From: Vicinamibacteria bacterium
Lineage (GTDB): Bacteria; Acidobacteriota; Vicinamibacteria; Marinacidobacterales; Marinacidobacteraceae
Direction: 5' to 3'
Assembly (NCBI GenBank): GCA_964291235.2
Contig: OZ219816.1
Span: forward strand, 1,312,001-1,376,000
DNA length: 64,000 nucleotides
Shown: positions 9,106 to 17,038 of the stretch, in pieces
How positions within the stretch are numbered: the first letter of the stretch is position 1
Layout of the letters: every line of letters begins with the position of its first letter
The notes under the pieces: generated by a model
What the model saw: the letters and a program-made list of their open reading frames with translations, nothing else
What the model was told of the DNA's origin: nothing
Databases searched by the model: none
Position numbers and translations under genes: made by a program

Positions 9106-10077
9106 TTACGGGAGGGTGATGGAGTCGGGCGCGAGGCGTTCGGCGACGTGTGTGGAGGAGCCGTCGATCGCGGGGCCGGGTGGGGCGGCGGCGTTGTTGC
9201 GGCGCTGGATCCGGTCGAGAGCGTTGGCGGCGTCAACGACGCCGCCCCACGTATCGAGGATCCGCCAGTTGCGGGTCTCGCGGGCGCGCTGGACGTCGTC
9301 CATGAGTTCCTGCTCTGCGGCAGACAGTTCCAGCGCGGCGGGCGGAGGGCCGCACCACCTGGCGAGCTTCCTGCCGATCGATCGGGCCTGGCCGGGGGTG
9401 CGGGTGACGGCGACGACGCGGACGGTGCGGCCGTCGCGGCGGAGGGCGTTCCAGAGGGACTGATGGCCCTCGCCCCAGTAGTCGAGTTGGTTGATGTCCG
9501 CGCTGCTGGCCACGGTGTAGACGAAGGTGGCGGAGCGGTCGTCGGCGGCGATCGGGAGCTTGACGGCGAAGTAGCGGATGGTGGGTGCGACAGCACCCTT
9601 GAAGGTGCGCTGCGGGAGATCGGCGAGCGGAACACCGAGTCCCGTGAAGTGGGCGACCTTCTCCTGCTCCGTGGGGAGCCATGGCAGCTGTGGGTGCTCG
9701 ATGACGTAGTCGAGGGAGAGGAGGCGGCGGAAGAGGAGGCCGGGGGATCCGCGGCGGCGGTGGCGGACGTGCTCGATGCCGAGAGCGCGGTAGATGGGCC
9801 GCGCGGTCACGTGGCAGAGATGTTCGCTCGCGCCGCCCTGGTCGGGCGCAAGAGGGTGTTGATGCCCAGCTTGGGCACCGAGGAGCCGGTCGACGAAACG
9901 GTGGGCCGATTTGGTGGTGCATCCGCGGTACGCCATGTATTGCGAGCGCAGGAAAACGCCGCTGTGGAGGCAGGCGAGGGCGAGCCAGGCGGCGTCCCGC
10001 CCAGTCCAGCCGAGAGGCTTCAGGGCGGCCTCACGGCCGGCCAGGTGAAGGATGACGGGGTGGGGTCTGGCGGTCAC
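9106..10077 (-). CDS. Hypothetical tra-region protein, possibly DNA-processing
   Basis: GTG start overlaps the upstream stop. Motifs LHSGVFLRSQY, IYRALG..RHRR, RRLLSLDYV..LPTEQEK and YFAVKLPI. Confidence 0.65.
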   Translation of the reverse strand: MTARPHPVILHLAGREAALKPLGWTGRDAAWLALACLHSGVFLRSQYMAYRGCTTKSAHRFVDRLLGAQAGHQHPLAPDQGGASEHLCHVTARPIYRALGIEHVRHRRRGSPGLLFRRLLSLDYVIEHPQLPWLPTEQEKVAHFTGLGVPLADLPQRTFKGAVAPTIRYFAVKLPIAADDRSATFVYTVASSADINQLDYWGEGHQSLWNALRRDGRTVRVVAVTRTPGQARSIGRKLARWCGPPPAALELSAAEQELMDDVQRARETRNWRILDTWGGVVDAANALDRIQRRNNAAAPPGPAIDGSSTHVAERLAPDSITLP

Positions 10078-11474
10078 GGATCGTTTCCGCCTCCCAGGAG
10101 GCTGCGGTCGAGGTCCGCGCGGGGCAGGGCGTCGGAGTAGATGGCGCGGTCGCCGTCGAGGGGCGACCGGCGGCAGCGGTAGAGAACGGTACGGGGCGTC
10201 TGGCGGGCGGCGTGCCAGCCGGTGTCGGACTGGAGCTTGCCGCCGAGTTCGCGGACCGCGCAGTCGGCGAACACGCTGCGCAGGGTGCGGTCGGCGCGGG
10301 TGAGGAAGAGGGTGTCGCCGGGGAAGGCGACGTGGTTGACGTACAGCGAGCCGCCCGGCGCCAGGCGGGAGCGGACGAGGCGGTAGAACTCGACGGTGAG
10401 GAGGTGCCGGGGAATGGAGCGCCAGTTCGAGAAGGCATCGGCCACGATGGCGTCCCACTCTGCGGGGTCGTCCCGGAGGAAGGCGCGCGCATCGCGGGCG
10501 TGGAAGGTTCCGGCGGCGCCGTCCGGGACCTGGAGGAAGCGGGCGGCGATGCGCTGCTGGGCCGGGTCGACGTCGATGAAGACCGGCTTGATGGGACAGG
10601 GGGCGCCCTGTCCGAGGGTCATGCCGGCGGCGCCGAGGACGAGGACGCGCGTTTCGCGGGCCTCGCAGAGGGTGGTTTCGAGGAGTTCGACGTAGGCCCA
10701 ACCCGTGCCGTGCCGATCGTGGCCCGAGGCGCGCTGGTTATTGACTTCGAGCGCCGACCGGCCCTCGGGGAGGGGGGTGATCCGGTAGTCGGCGTAGGCG
10801 TTGCGCTCGACGTAGGTCGTCGCTTCGAGGTAGAGGTCGAACGAAAGGAGGGCGGCGACTGCAGCGGTGGCGAGCGCGTATCCGGTGGCGACGCGGCGGG
10901 ATGCGAGGGCGGCGGCGGCGAGGAGGCCTGCGCAGAGGATGAGGGCGGAGGCGGCGGTGCCGAGAAAGCGCAGGAGGAGGAAGGTGGTCGCCAGGGCTCC
11001 GGCGACGTTGCCGACGGTGGACAGGGCGAAGACGCGGCCGGCGGTGGCAGAGCGCTCGGCGGGAGGCGCACAGGCGTGGGCCAGGAGGACGGATTCGGCG
11101 AGAAGCCAGCCGATGGGGGCGATGCCGACAACGGCGTAGAAGCCGGCCTGGGCGAGCGGGGGGAGGGGCAGGCCGAAGGCGAGGAGGATGGCGGGCTCGG
11201 AGAGCCAGAAGGCGGCCAGGACCGCCGCGAGCGATAGCCGGAACGCGAGCCGCGGGCGAGGGTCGCCATCCTCGGCGAGGCGGCCGCCGCGGCGGTAGCC
11301 GCCGGCAAGGGCGGCCAGGTAGGCGGCGAGGAGCACGGTGGTGACGTCGACCGAAGTGCCCGCCCAGGGGGCGATCCGCCGCAGTGCGAGGATCTCCGTT
11401 CCGAGCGAGGCGTAGCCTTCCGCGAACAGCACGACGCTGAGGGCGAAGGGGCGCAGCGCAGGGGGGCGCGTCAT
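10074..11474 (-). CDS. Fused membrane domain / spermidine synthase-like SAM-dependent transferase
   Basis: TM domain (AEGYASLGTEILALRRIAPWAGTS, GRVFALSTVGNVAG) plus a SAM fold (VLVLGAAG, IDVDP, DARAFL, DAIVADAFS). Confidence 0.85.
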   Translation of the reverse strand: MTRPPALRPFALSVVLFAEGYASLGTEILALRRIAPWAGTSVDVTTVLLAAYLAALAGGYRRGGRLAEDGDPRPRLAFRLSLAAVLAAFWLSEPAILLAFGLPLPPLAQAGFYAVVGIAPIGWLLAESVLLAHACAPPAERSATAGRVFALSTVGNVAGALATTFLLLRFLGTAASALILCAGLLAAAALASRRVATGYALATAAVAALLSFDLYLEATTYVERNAYADYRITPLPEGRSALEVNNQRASGHDRHGTGWAYVELLETTLCEARETRVLVLGAAGMTLGQGAPCPIKPVFIDVDPAQQRIAARFLQVPDGAAGTFHARDARAFLRDDPAEWDAIVADAFSNWRSIPRHLLTVEFYRLVRSRLAPGGSLYVNHVAFPGDTLFLTRADRTLRSVFADCAVRELGGKLQSDTGWHAARQTPRTVLYRCRRSPLDGDRAIYSDALPRADLDRSLLGGGNDP

Positions 11475-11764
11475 GGCCGGAGCGGGGAGTGCGGGAGACC
11501 GTATGCATCGTGCGTACGCATACGGTATGTATCGTGCGTATGCATACCGTGCATACGGGATGCACCACCGGAAGGGACTCCTTCGAACGTCGGGGGCCAG
11601 CTTGTGTGGCGGGCGTCCGCGGGTGGCGCGCCGCAGTCTCGTGCGAAGACGTTGGGGTAGGAGACGAGCCACAGGAGCAGCGCGAGGAGCAGCACGAGCA
11701 GGAACATGTGGAGGGGGATCTGGTTGTCGAGGCGGTCCCGGCCGCAATGGCGGCAGTACGTCAT
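11471..11764 (-). CDS. Small membrane protein with N-terminal CxxC
   Basis: ATGA overlaps at both ends. MTYCRHC followed by a TM helix; the 3' end runs through a repeat cluster. Confidence 0.45.
   Translation of the reverse strand: MTYCRHCGRDRLDNQIPLHMFLLVLLLALLLWLVSYPNVFARDCGAPPADARHTSWPPTFEGVPSGGASRMHGMHTHDTYRMRTHDAYGLPHSPLRP
11499..11564. promoter_or_regulatory. CATAC/GTATG repeat cluster (putative operator)
   Basis: Two ~24-bp tandem copies GTATG(C/T)ATCGTGCGTA(C/T)GCATAC(G/C), containing CATACGGTATG. Confidence 0.65.
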
Positions 11765-12426
11765 TCGAAAGCGGCGGCGCGATCGGCCTGCAGGTAGGTG
11801 ATGACGAGTCCCATGGGGTTGGAGGGGAGGAGTTCGGGCGGGACCTGGTCGAGGAAGGTGAACTGGAGGCTGATGGTCCAGCGTTCGCGCGTGGTTGCCT
11901 GGCCGCGCTCGAGGGTTACGAGGTCGAAGTCGGCGGTTGCCGCGTGGGGCGGCTCCGGGTTCGGGTTGATCCGGAGCACGACGCCCTGGACCTGGAGTTC
12001 GGCGGCCGTGATGCCGGCAGCCATTTGGGCGACGGCGTCGCTGTCGGCGCGGAAGGCGGCGTTCGCCAGGTCGCTGCTCAGGAAGTTCAGGGACCGGGCC
12101 CAGGACGTCTCGACCGTGGCCCGGCGGCGCGAGTAGAAGTCGGAGAGCCACTGGTTGAGGAAGTACTTGGTGGTGGGGTCGAGGGGGTCGGCCTGGGCTT
12201 CGACGGCCTCGTAGGCGAGGGCCTCGGCGCGGCCGACCTCGTCCACGCGGATGACGATGGGCTTGGGCAGCTCCACGGCGGAGAGGCGCACGACGGCGAC
12301 GAGGAGCAGTACGGCGAATCCGCCGAGGGCCAGGAGCCAGAGGCGGAGGAAGCGGTTGCTGGCGACCTGCTCGGCCCAGATCTCGGCGAACTCTCTGCCG
12401 GGGTCCGGCTTCTTGCTCCGTCCCAT
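11761..12426 (-). CDS. virB8: VirB8/TrbF family protein
   Basis: Single N-terminal TM, PKPIVIRVDEVG and C-terminal NPMGLVITY. Confidence 0.85.
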   Translation of the reverse strand: MGRSKKPDPGREFAEIWAEQVASNRFLRLWLLALGGFAVLLLVAVVRLSAVELPKPIVIRVDEVGRAEALAYEAVEAQADPLDPTTKYFLNQWLSDFYSRRRATVETSWARSLNFLSSDLANAAFRADSDAVAQMAAGITAAELQVQGVVLRINPNPEPPHAATADFDLVTLERGQATTRERWTISLQFTFLDQVPPELLPSNPMGLVITYLQADRAAAFE

Positions 12427-12439
12427 GGGCCGGTTCTCC

Positions 12440-13528
12440 CTACTTGCCCTTGCCGGCGATGGCGGCGATCTTCCCGGCGCCGCCGGTGGCGACCATGATG
12501 CCCGTGGTGGCCATGCCGGCGACGTTCATGCCGCCGCCGCCGGCGCCGCTGACGAGGGAGCTGGCGATCTCTCCGACCTTGGTGGAGGACAGGACCGCGG
12601 CGACGGCGAGAGGGACGATCCCGATGAACCAGGCGGCGGACCAGCCGAGGCTCGAGAAGTCGATGGTCGCGTTGATGAAGGTGTTGACGTAGGCCAGCGC
12701 GATGGAGGACCAGACGTAGAGCATGGCGCCGGCGACGGCGCTGTAGAGGCTGTAGACGAAGAGGGAGCGGAGCCAGCCCCAGAAGAGGAAGGAGAGGGGC
12801 TGGAAGATGAAGAATGGGACGAAGACGGGCCCGACGTAGATCAGGATGTTGATGACGACGAGGGCGTAGAGGACCTGGGCGTAGGCGAAGCAGAAGACGA
12901 GGATGAGGAGCACGCAGAAGAGCGGCAGGACGACGGCGGTGACGGAGAGGGTGTAGAGCGTGCCGCCGCCGCCGGTGATCAGGCTCCAGAGGGTCTGGGC
13001 GTCCCAGATGGCGGTGAGGTGGTTGCTGATGTTCTCGATGAGGTTCGTGAATGCCTGGAACATCTGGGCGGGCACGGACTCGACGAAGGTCTGGCTGATG
13101 AAGTTGCCGCCCGCCGGGATGATCATGGGGAACGCCATGCCGACGCCGGGGATCGGGGTCGAGTAGGTCTGCAGGATCCAGAGGGGGATGATGATGTTGA
13201 GGACCATCCGGAAGAGGTCCCAGGAGTTCCAGCCGCCTCCGCCGAAAGCGATGCGGAGGCCGGTCCAGGAGATGAGGATCACGGCGAGGCCGCGCCAGAG
13301 GGCCATGCCGGTGGCCTGGAGGGGCGAGCCGCCGGCCGCCGTGAAGATGTCGCTGAGGATCGTGTTCAGGAGCCCCATGTGGTCGGTGAGTTGTTCGACC
13401 GGGATGGTGGTGGGCAGGGCCGGGTTCGGCAGCTGTGCCGGCGGTGGCTGCCCCAGGACGAGGCTCGGGGCGAGCAGAAGCAGCCCGGCCAGGAGCATGC
13501 GTCGAACGGTCACCGGTGGTGAAGGCAT
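12440..13528 (-). CDS. virB6: VirB6/TrbL polytopic membrane protein
   Basis: Multiple TM segments, VGPVFVPFFIF..LFWGWLR and a Gly/Ala-rich tail. Start uncertain (13498-13570). Confidence 0.85.
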   Translation of the reverse strand: MPSPPVTVRRMLLAGLLLLAPSLVLGQPPPAQLPNPALPTTIPVEQLTDHMGLLNTILSDIFTAAGGSPLQATGMALWRGLAVILISWTGLRIAFGGGGWNSWDLFRMVLNIIIPLWILQTYSTPIPGVGMAFPMIIPAGGNFISQTFVESVPAQMFQAFTNLIENISNHLTAIWDAQTLWSLITGGGGTLYTLSVTAVVLPLFCVLLILVFCFAYAQVLYALVVINILIYVGPVFVPFFIFQPLSFLFWGWLRSLFVYSLYSAVAGAMLYVWSSIALAYVNTFINATIDFSSLGWSAAWFIGIVPLAVAAVLSSTKVGEIASSLVSGAGGGGMNVAGMATTGIMVATGGAGKIAAIAGKGK

Positions 13529-13590
13529 GGAGCTCAGCCGGCTGGCGATTGCTTCGCGTGCGGACGGCATGCGCCTTCGGCATGCAACTC

Positions 13591-13624
13591 GTGCATACCG
13601 TGCACATGCATACCGTTCATACGG
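13591..13624. promoter_or_regulatory. CATACCG repeat cluster upstream of virB6
   Basis: GTGCATACCGTGCACATGCATACCGTTCATACGG. Confidence 0.55.
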
Positions 13625-13642
13625 CGGGGGACGGCCCGATCG

Positions 13643-14563
13643 TCACCGGGCTCCGTAGCTGGTGGGCAGGAGCAGGCCCCGGCCCATCGCGGACGCGTTG
13701 GCCTGGAGCCAGGTGGTGGTGGCTTCGGTCTGGGTCCGGGCGGTTGTGTGTGCGCCGGCCCAGTCCGTCAGCGCCTCGCGCCGGCCGCGTTCGGCCTCGT
13801 GGCTGTCCTGGACTTGGCGGATTGCCTGGAGGGCGAGCAGCTGGTTGGTCGCGACCTGGAGTTCGGCCTGGGTGAGCTGCGCGGCGAGGACGGCCTGCTG
13901 CAGGGCGGTGCCGGAGAGGTTCGTCTGGCTCCGGAGGGTGGCGATGGAGGTCTGGGTGTCCGCGAGCTGCGCCGCGAGCTCCCGGGCGGCATCCAGGGCC
14001 GCGTAGTCGGCGGCGAGCCGCCGTTCGGCGGTGTCGCGGTTCGCGCGCCAGTCCCTGACGGCTCTTTGCCGCGTGGCGGGGTCGTTCGGGAAGAGCGCCC
14101 GGATATCGGCCACTCGGACATCGTCGACCGCGCCGAGCGCGTCGCGCCAGACCGTCGTGAGGTCGGCGCCCTGCGGGTCGGTGAGTTCGAGGAACTCCCG
14201 GGCGAGCAGGCGCGTGTCGGCATCGCGGAAGGCGGTGGTCCAGGCCGGGGGCGCGATGTGCTTGAGGAGTTCCGCCGGTTCGGAGGAGAGCTGCTCGAAC
14301 GACTGGGGCAACGCGGCGCTTGCCAAGGTCCCGAGCGCCTCCTGTCGGGCCCGGTTGATCTCCTCGCTGATCTTCTGGCTATTGAGCGTCCGGACGCCGT
14401 TCACCGCGGCGACGACGGCGGCCATGTCGAGTGAGCCACTCAGGGCGTTGACGGCGGAGACCACAGCGGAAAAACTGGAGGCCTTCAGGTCGGGGGCCGG
14501 AACGAGGAGGAGGGCGGGGACGAGGAGGAGAACGAGGCTCCAGCGGAGGGCGGTGCGGATCAT
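13643..14563 (-). CDS. Secreted helical protein, VirB5/TrbJ-like
   Basis: Signal peptide and Gln-rich coiled coil (QAELQVATNQLLALQ); lies just before virB6. Confidence 0.6.
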   Translation of the reverse strand: MIRTALRWSLVLLLVPALLLVPAPDLKASSFSAVVSAVNALSGSLDMAAVVAAVNGVRTLNSQKISEEINRARQEALGTLASAALPQSFEQLSSEPAELLKHIAPPAWTTAFRDADTRLLAREFLELTDPQGADLTTVWRDALGAVDDVRVADIRALFPNDPATRQRAVRDWRANRDTAERRLAADYAALDAARELAAQLADTQTSIATLRSQTNLSGTALQQAVLAAQLTQAELQVATNQLLALQAIRQVQDSHEAERGRREALTDWAGAHTTARTQTEATTTWLQANASAMGRGLLLPTSYGAR

Positions 14564-15840
14564 GGGAGGCTCCTGCGGTTGGACGGGAAGAGGGCGTCGC
14601 TGGTGAACCAGATCCGGAGCCGGTGGCCGGCCCGGATCGTGACGGTGGGGAGGCGGTTGAGGAAACGGCGCATGACCTGGAGTCCGCTTTCGGACGTGCC
14701 CTGGGCGACGCCGCTGCGGTAGCCGGCGAGTCCGCCGGCGTAGGGGTTGCCGCCGAGGGCGGCGAAGCCGCTCATGAGGCCGACGGCGCCGGCGGCGAGG
14801 AAGGTCGAGAAGTAGTGCCGGTCGACCTGGTCCTTGAGGGCGCCCTCGCCGAGCTGGTTGAGTCCCTGGAACTGCAGGGCCACGTGCGTTCCGTCGGGCA
14901 GGATGACGCGGTGGAAGCCGACGGCGAGCCGCTCCTGGTCCTGCCCGCGGACGGGCTGCGCGGTGCCGATGAAGCGGCTGCCGCGGGGGATCAGGATGCG
15001 CTGCCGGTCCGTGCTGTAGAAGGGCACGGCGACGGTGGCGAGGACGGGCGAGGGGAAGTCCCCGCTGAGCTGGGTGACGAGCACGGCCTCGACGAGGGAG
15101 CCCTCGTAGATGCGTTCCCAGCCGGGCGGGTCGCGGGGGAGGGAGAAGCGGGGAGGGTTGTCGTAGTCGGGGAGGTTGTTGGAATCGGGCAGCGGGACAT
15201 CGAGGGTCCCTGGAGCGGGTGTGTATCCCGATGGATCGGCGCGCGGGAGGGCCTCCGGCCCGGGGAGGGCGCCGCCCATCGCGTCTGTGGGCGCCGAAGG
15301 CGCGGCGGGCGCCGGCGTGTGGAGGCCGGGGACGGCTCCGGAGTCATCCGGGGGCGCGGCGTCCGCGCCGCGGTGGCTCTGCGCGACCGGCGAGGTCCGG
15401 AGCGACCGCAGTTGGCGCTCCATCTCTTCGAGGCGGATCGCCTGCCGCAGTTGGTGTTCCTCGGGGGTGAGCGCCTCCCCGGTGTCGGGGTCCACCGGAG
15501 GCGGACGGCCGGGGTCCGGATCTCCGGAGGCCGCCATTCCGGCGGCCTGCAGGCGGAGCTGCTGGTCGGCTTCGCGCTGCTCGGCCTGGGCGCGGAGGCG
15601 CGCCTGCAGTTCCTGTTCGCGGATCCGCCGCGGCAGCGCGTCGCCGGCGGCGGGGTTGATGATTGGCTCGTCCGCGCCGGCGGCGCTGTCAGCGTCCTGC
15701 TCCGGGTCGTCGGAGCTCAGGGAGACGCTGAGGATGAGGGCGAGGAGGAGGACGGTGATGAGGAGCACGCCGACCTTCCCGACGATGTTGGCGGGGAGCG
15801 CCCCGGCGGGCTTGGACACGAGCCGTTTCCAGGTGGACAT
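14560..15840 (-). CDS. virB10: VirB10/TrbI
   Basis: TM, Pro-rich linker, then EGSLVEAVLVT..ILIPRGSRFIG..DQVDRHY..PTVTIRAGH. Confidence 0.9.
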   Translation of the reverse strand: MSTWKRLVSKPAGALPANIVGKVGVLLITVLLLALILSVSLSSDDPEQDADSAAGADEPIINPAAGDALPRRIREQELQARLRAQAEQREADQQLRLQAAGMAASGDPDPGRPPPVDPDTGEALTPEEHQLRQAIRLEEMERQLRSLRTSPVAQSHRGADAAPPDDSGAVPGLHTPAPAAPSAPTDAMGGALPGPEALPRADPSGYTPAPGTLDVPLPDSNNLPDYDNPPRFSLPRDPPGWERIYEGSLVEAVLVTQLSGDFPSPVLATVAVPFYSTDRQRILIPRGSRFIGTAQPVRGQDQERLAVGFHRVILPDGTHVALQFQGLNQLGEGALKDQVDRHYFSTFLAAGAVGLMSGFAALGGNPYAGGLAGYRSGVAQGTSESGLQVMRRFLNRLPTVTIRAGHRLRIWFTSDALFPSNRRSLP

Positions 15841-16147
15841 GAGGGTTGTCAGCCCGGCAGGGGCGCGAAGAGAGCCTCGGGAGAAGCCCGGAGCACCGGC
15901 TGCTCGGGGAAATGGCCCGGGAACGGCCCGAAAACGGCCTCTCTCGCCGTTTTCGGGGTCCGCGCGGGCCGGACATCGTCCGGACGGCCGCGCCGTCCTG
16001 AGGCGCGGTTTGGGGCTGACGACGCGGCGGCGCGCGCGGCGCGCGCGAGAATCGGGTCCGAAGGCTGGCGTTCTCCGGGCGGTCCGGCGGACCGGCCGTC
16101 TCCGCGAGGGGGCATCCCCGAGCGGCGGGGGGAGCGGAACGCGATGT

Positions 16148-17038
16148 TCACGGCAGCGGGTCCGGGGGCGTGAAGCGCCAGCGGGCGCGTTCGTCGCCTA
16201 GCTGGAGCCAGCCTTCGCCGATGATGCGCCGGACGACGTAGAGGCCGGTCTCGGTGAGGTCGTAGGGCACCAGCGAGGGCTCGCCGTCCTTGCGCTCGTA
16301 GAGCGCGGCGGACTCCGGGGCGCGGCTCCGGAGGTAGGTGAACTGGCCGTCGTGCCACATCGCCTCGACCAGGAAGGGCCACTCGCGGGCCTTCCGGTCG
16401 AGGGTGTAGGGGAACTCGATCCGGAGCGGGTAGGCCGCCCGGTAGGCGTCGATCTCCTCGGCGGCGGCCTCCCGGGCCGCGTGCACCTGCTCGTCGGCCG
16501 CGGTCCGGATGGCCTGGAGTTCGGCGCGGGCCTGGGTGGCCATGGCCTGGTAGGACTGGACCCGGGAGCGGGCGACGAAGGCCGGCTGGTGCGCGCCGCG
16601 CGCGCTCGGGGCCGGCAGGCCCGTGGAGTCGTCGATGGGCGCGGAGCTGTCGAAACGGACCACGAGATGGGGCTCCTCGGCGCCGGACTCGGCGACGAGG
16701 AACGAGTAGATCCGGCCGGACTCGCAGACAAGGGCGATGTTCGTCGCGGCGTCGTCGGCGATGGGCTTCAGGAACGCGACGTTGGCGCTGCCGGACAGGT
16801 GCCAGTACTCGGCGTCGCCCACCACGAAGTCGAGGATGGTCTCGTGCGCCGGGAGGGTGATGACGGTGGTGTGGCGGACGCGCGTCCGGAGCTGCCAGAC
16901 GGTGTCCTCGGGCGTGTCGTCGAGCCGGAGGATGTGCCCGTCCTGGGGCGCGGCGAGTGGCGCGAGCCCCTGGCAGAGCAGGAAGACGAGCAGGAAGAGG
17001 AGAAGGCGGGGCGGGACCTGGGGGAAGCCGGGGATCAT
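16148..17038 (-). CDS. virB9: VirB9/TrbG
   Basis: Signal peptide, TTVITLP..DFVVGD..W..FLKP..TNI and C-terminal WHDGQFTYLR. Confidence 0.88.
   Translation of the reverse strand: MIPGFPQVPPRLLLFLLVFLLCQGLAPLAAPQDGHILRLDDTPEDTVWQLRTRVRHTTVITLPAHETILDFVVGDAEYWHLSGSANVAFLKPIADDAATNIALVCESGRIYSFLVAESGAEEPHLVVRFDSSAPIDDSTGLPAPSARGAHQPAFVARSRVQSYQAMATQARAELQAIRTAADEQVHAAREAAAEEIDAYRAAYPLRIEFPYTLDRKAREWPFLVEAMWHDGQFTYLRSRAPESAALYERKDGEPSLVPYDLTETGLYVVRRIIGEGWLQLGDERARWRFTPPDPLP

Noticed and set aside
15849-16151. Small ORF between virB9 and virB10 as VirB7
   Set aside because: No signal peptide or lipobox Cys and low-complexity Arg/Pro/Ala sequence; coding status unsupported.
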